Below, piece after piece: positions 63,222-64,000 of a stretch of 64,000 bases of DNA. Numbering within the stretch: the first letter of the stretch is position 1; each line of letters opens with the position of its first letter. The DNA is taken from NCBI GenBank assembly GCA_041660565.1, contig JBAZWC010000001.1, positions 366,481-430,480 on the forward strand, written 5' to 3'. Below the pieces are notes generated by a model. That model was given only the letters and a program-made list of their open reading frames with translations, was not told where the DNA came from and did not search any database. A program made the translations under genes and the position numbers. Source of the DNA: Patescibacteria group bacterium (lineage in GTDB: Bacteria; Patescibacteriota; UBA1384; CAJBMM01).

Positions 63222-63773
63222 ATGCACACCGTTACCCATCAAATCAAAAATAAGGTTATGGCTTTAAAGGCCGATGGCGGCACCAAAGCCGGAATTTTGC
63301 GTATCTACCAACACACCGGCCAATTTAGATCGGTAGAAGATCTACGTGATCTGACCGAGCAAGAACAAGATTGGTTTCGATTAGGTTTTGAACATTACTT
63401 AGACGATCAAAATCACGTTGTGCGCATCCTACATTCACCTAGGCATTTTGGTAAAACAATTTTTTATTTATCGCTAATTTATTTTGTTACGCTAATCACC
63501 TGGATGAGTTTACTTATTAAGTACACCACCAGCCATTCGCATTCCATTGATTGGTCTATGGTGTGGAACTGGGTGGTTTTGGCGGCGGTGCTTAATCTTT
63601 GTCTGACGTTCTATGGTATCTATTTGGAGATGCGGTCCCTTAGACAACAAATCACTGCCAGCCAACGCATTGTGGCTGCGGTAGCAATTATTGCCCTAAT
63701 TGTCGCCATTTTAGGAAATGTTCTCTCACCACTGTCCAGTTCGGCTAGTACCCTTGCCCCATTTATTAAGTAA
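63222..63773 (+). CDS. Hypothetical integral membrane protein
   Basis: 183 aa with a soluble N-terminal part and 3-4 C-terminal TM helices. Confidence 0.45.
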   Translation: MHTVTHQIKNKVMALKADGGTKAGILRIYQHTGQFRSVEDLRDLTEQEQDWFRLGFEHYLDDQNHVVRILHSPRHFGKTIFYLSLIYFVTLITWMSLLIKYTTSHSHSIDWSMVWNWVVLAAVLNLCLTFYGIYLEMRSLRQQITASQRIVAAVAIIALIVAILGNVLSPLSSSASTLAPFIK

Positions 63774-64000
63774 ATTTGCTTCTATTCAATTTTTTGATAT
63801 CATTGTAATGTCAAAAAACCCGCTAGAGTGAACTAGTTGTTTTCAGTTTATTATCAGGCAAAATCAGTGTAATTAGGTAGGCAGCCAAAACGGAAGGTGG
63901 ATTGTTATTAATCTAGAATATAAATTTAGAGCGAGCTTGGCAGTTTGGATTGCGGCATTTTTAATCATCACACCGCTTCACAGCGCGCACGCATATATTG

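Noticed and set aside
1-64000. CRISPR array or cas operon
   Set aside because: No run of regularly spaced direct repeats was found. The only Cas-like protein is a stand-alone Cas4-type nuclease linked to xseAB.

Overview
The window reads as a small-genome bacterium with roughly 42-45% GC housekeeping genes and close-to-consensus sigma-70 promoters. A CPR or Saccharibacteria-like episymbiont lifestyle is my inference only. Housekeeping genes include clpB, xseA and xseB, an ECF sigma factor, a DEAD-box helicase, the dnaG-rpoD pair, smpB, a tmRNA, tRNA-Val and tRNA-Asn, an ABC exporter and a P-type ATPase. Four kinds of structure stand out. (1) An 11.5 kb minus-strand module (137-12604) encodes two giant secreted, fibrous beta-rich surface proteins. 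One carries an embedded phage-tail-fibre intramolecular-chaperone (peptidase S74-like) domain. The module also holds a membrane-anchored surface protein and two Avd / 23S-rRNA-IVS-family four-helix-bundle genes. One four-helix-bundle gene is coupled to a giant gene by a TAATG stop-start overlap. A third four-helix-bundle gene sits near clpB, flanked by TTAGGG/CCCTAA palindromes. (2) A small HTH-XRE regulator fused to a truncated alpha-crystallin (Hsp20) domain lies directly upstream of clpB, with a long palindrome nearby. (3) Several high-GC (about 58-62%) islands look horizontally acquired. They include five tandem small-membrane-protein paralogues and a nucleotidyltransferase plus a GalT-like gene next to the tmRNA. 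They also include two pairs of secreted W/Y/N-rich paralogues with conserved long leaders. Two proteins ending in RNA-polymerase alpha-CTD-like domains share identical terminators. An array of promoter-ORF-terminator cassettes sits beside tRNA-Asn. (4) At least seven families of short palindromic or MITE-like repeats are present. One is inserted between xseA and xseB, and some overlap the termini of annotated ORFs. I found no CRISPR array, no reverse transcriptase and no rRNA.
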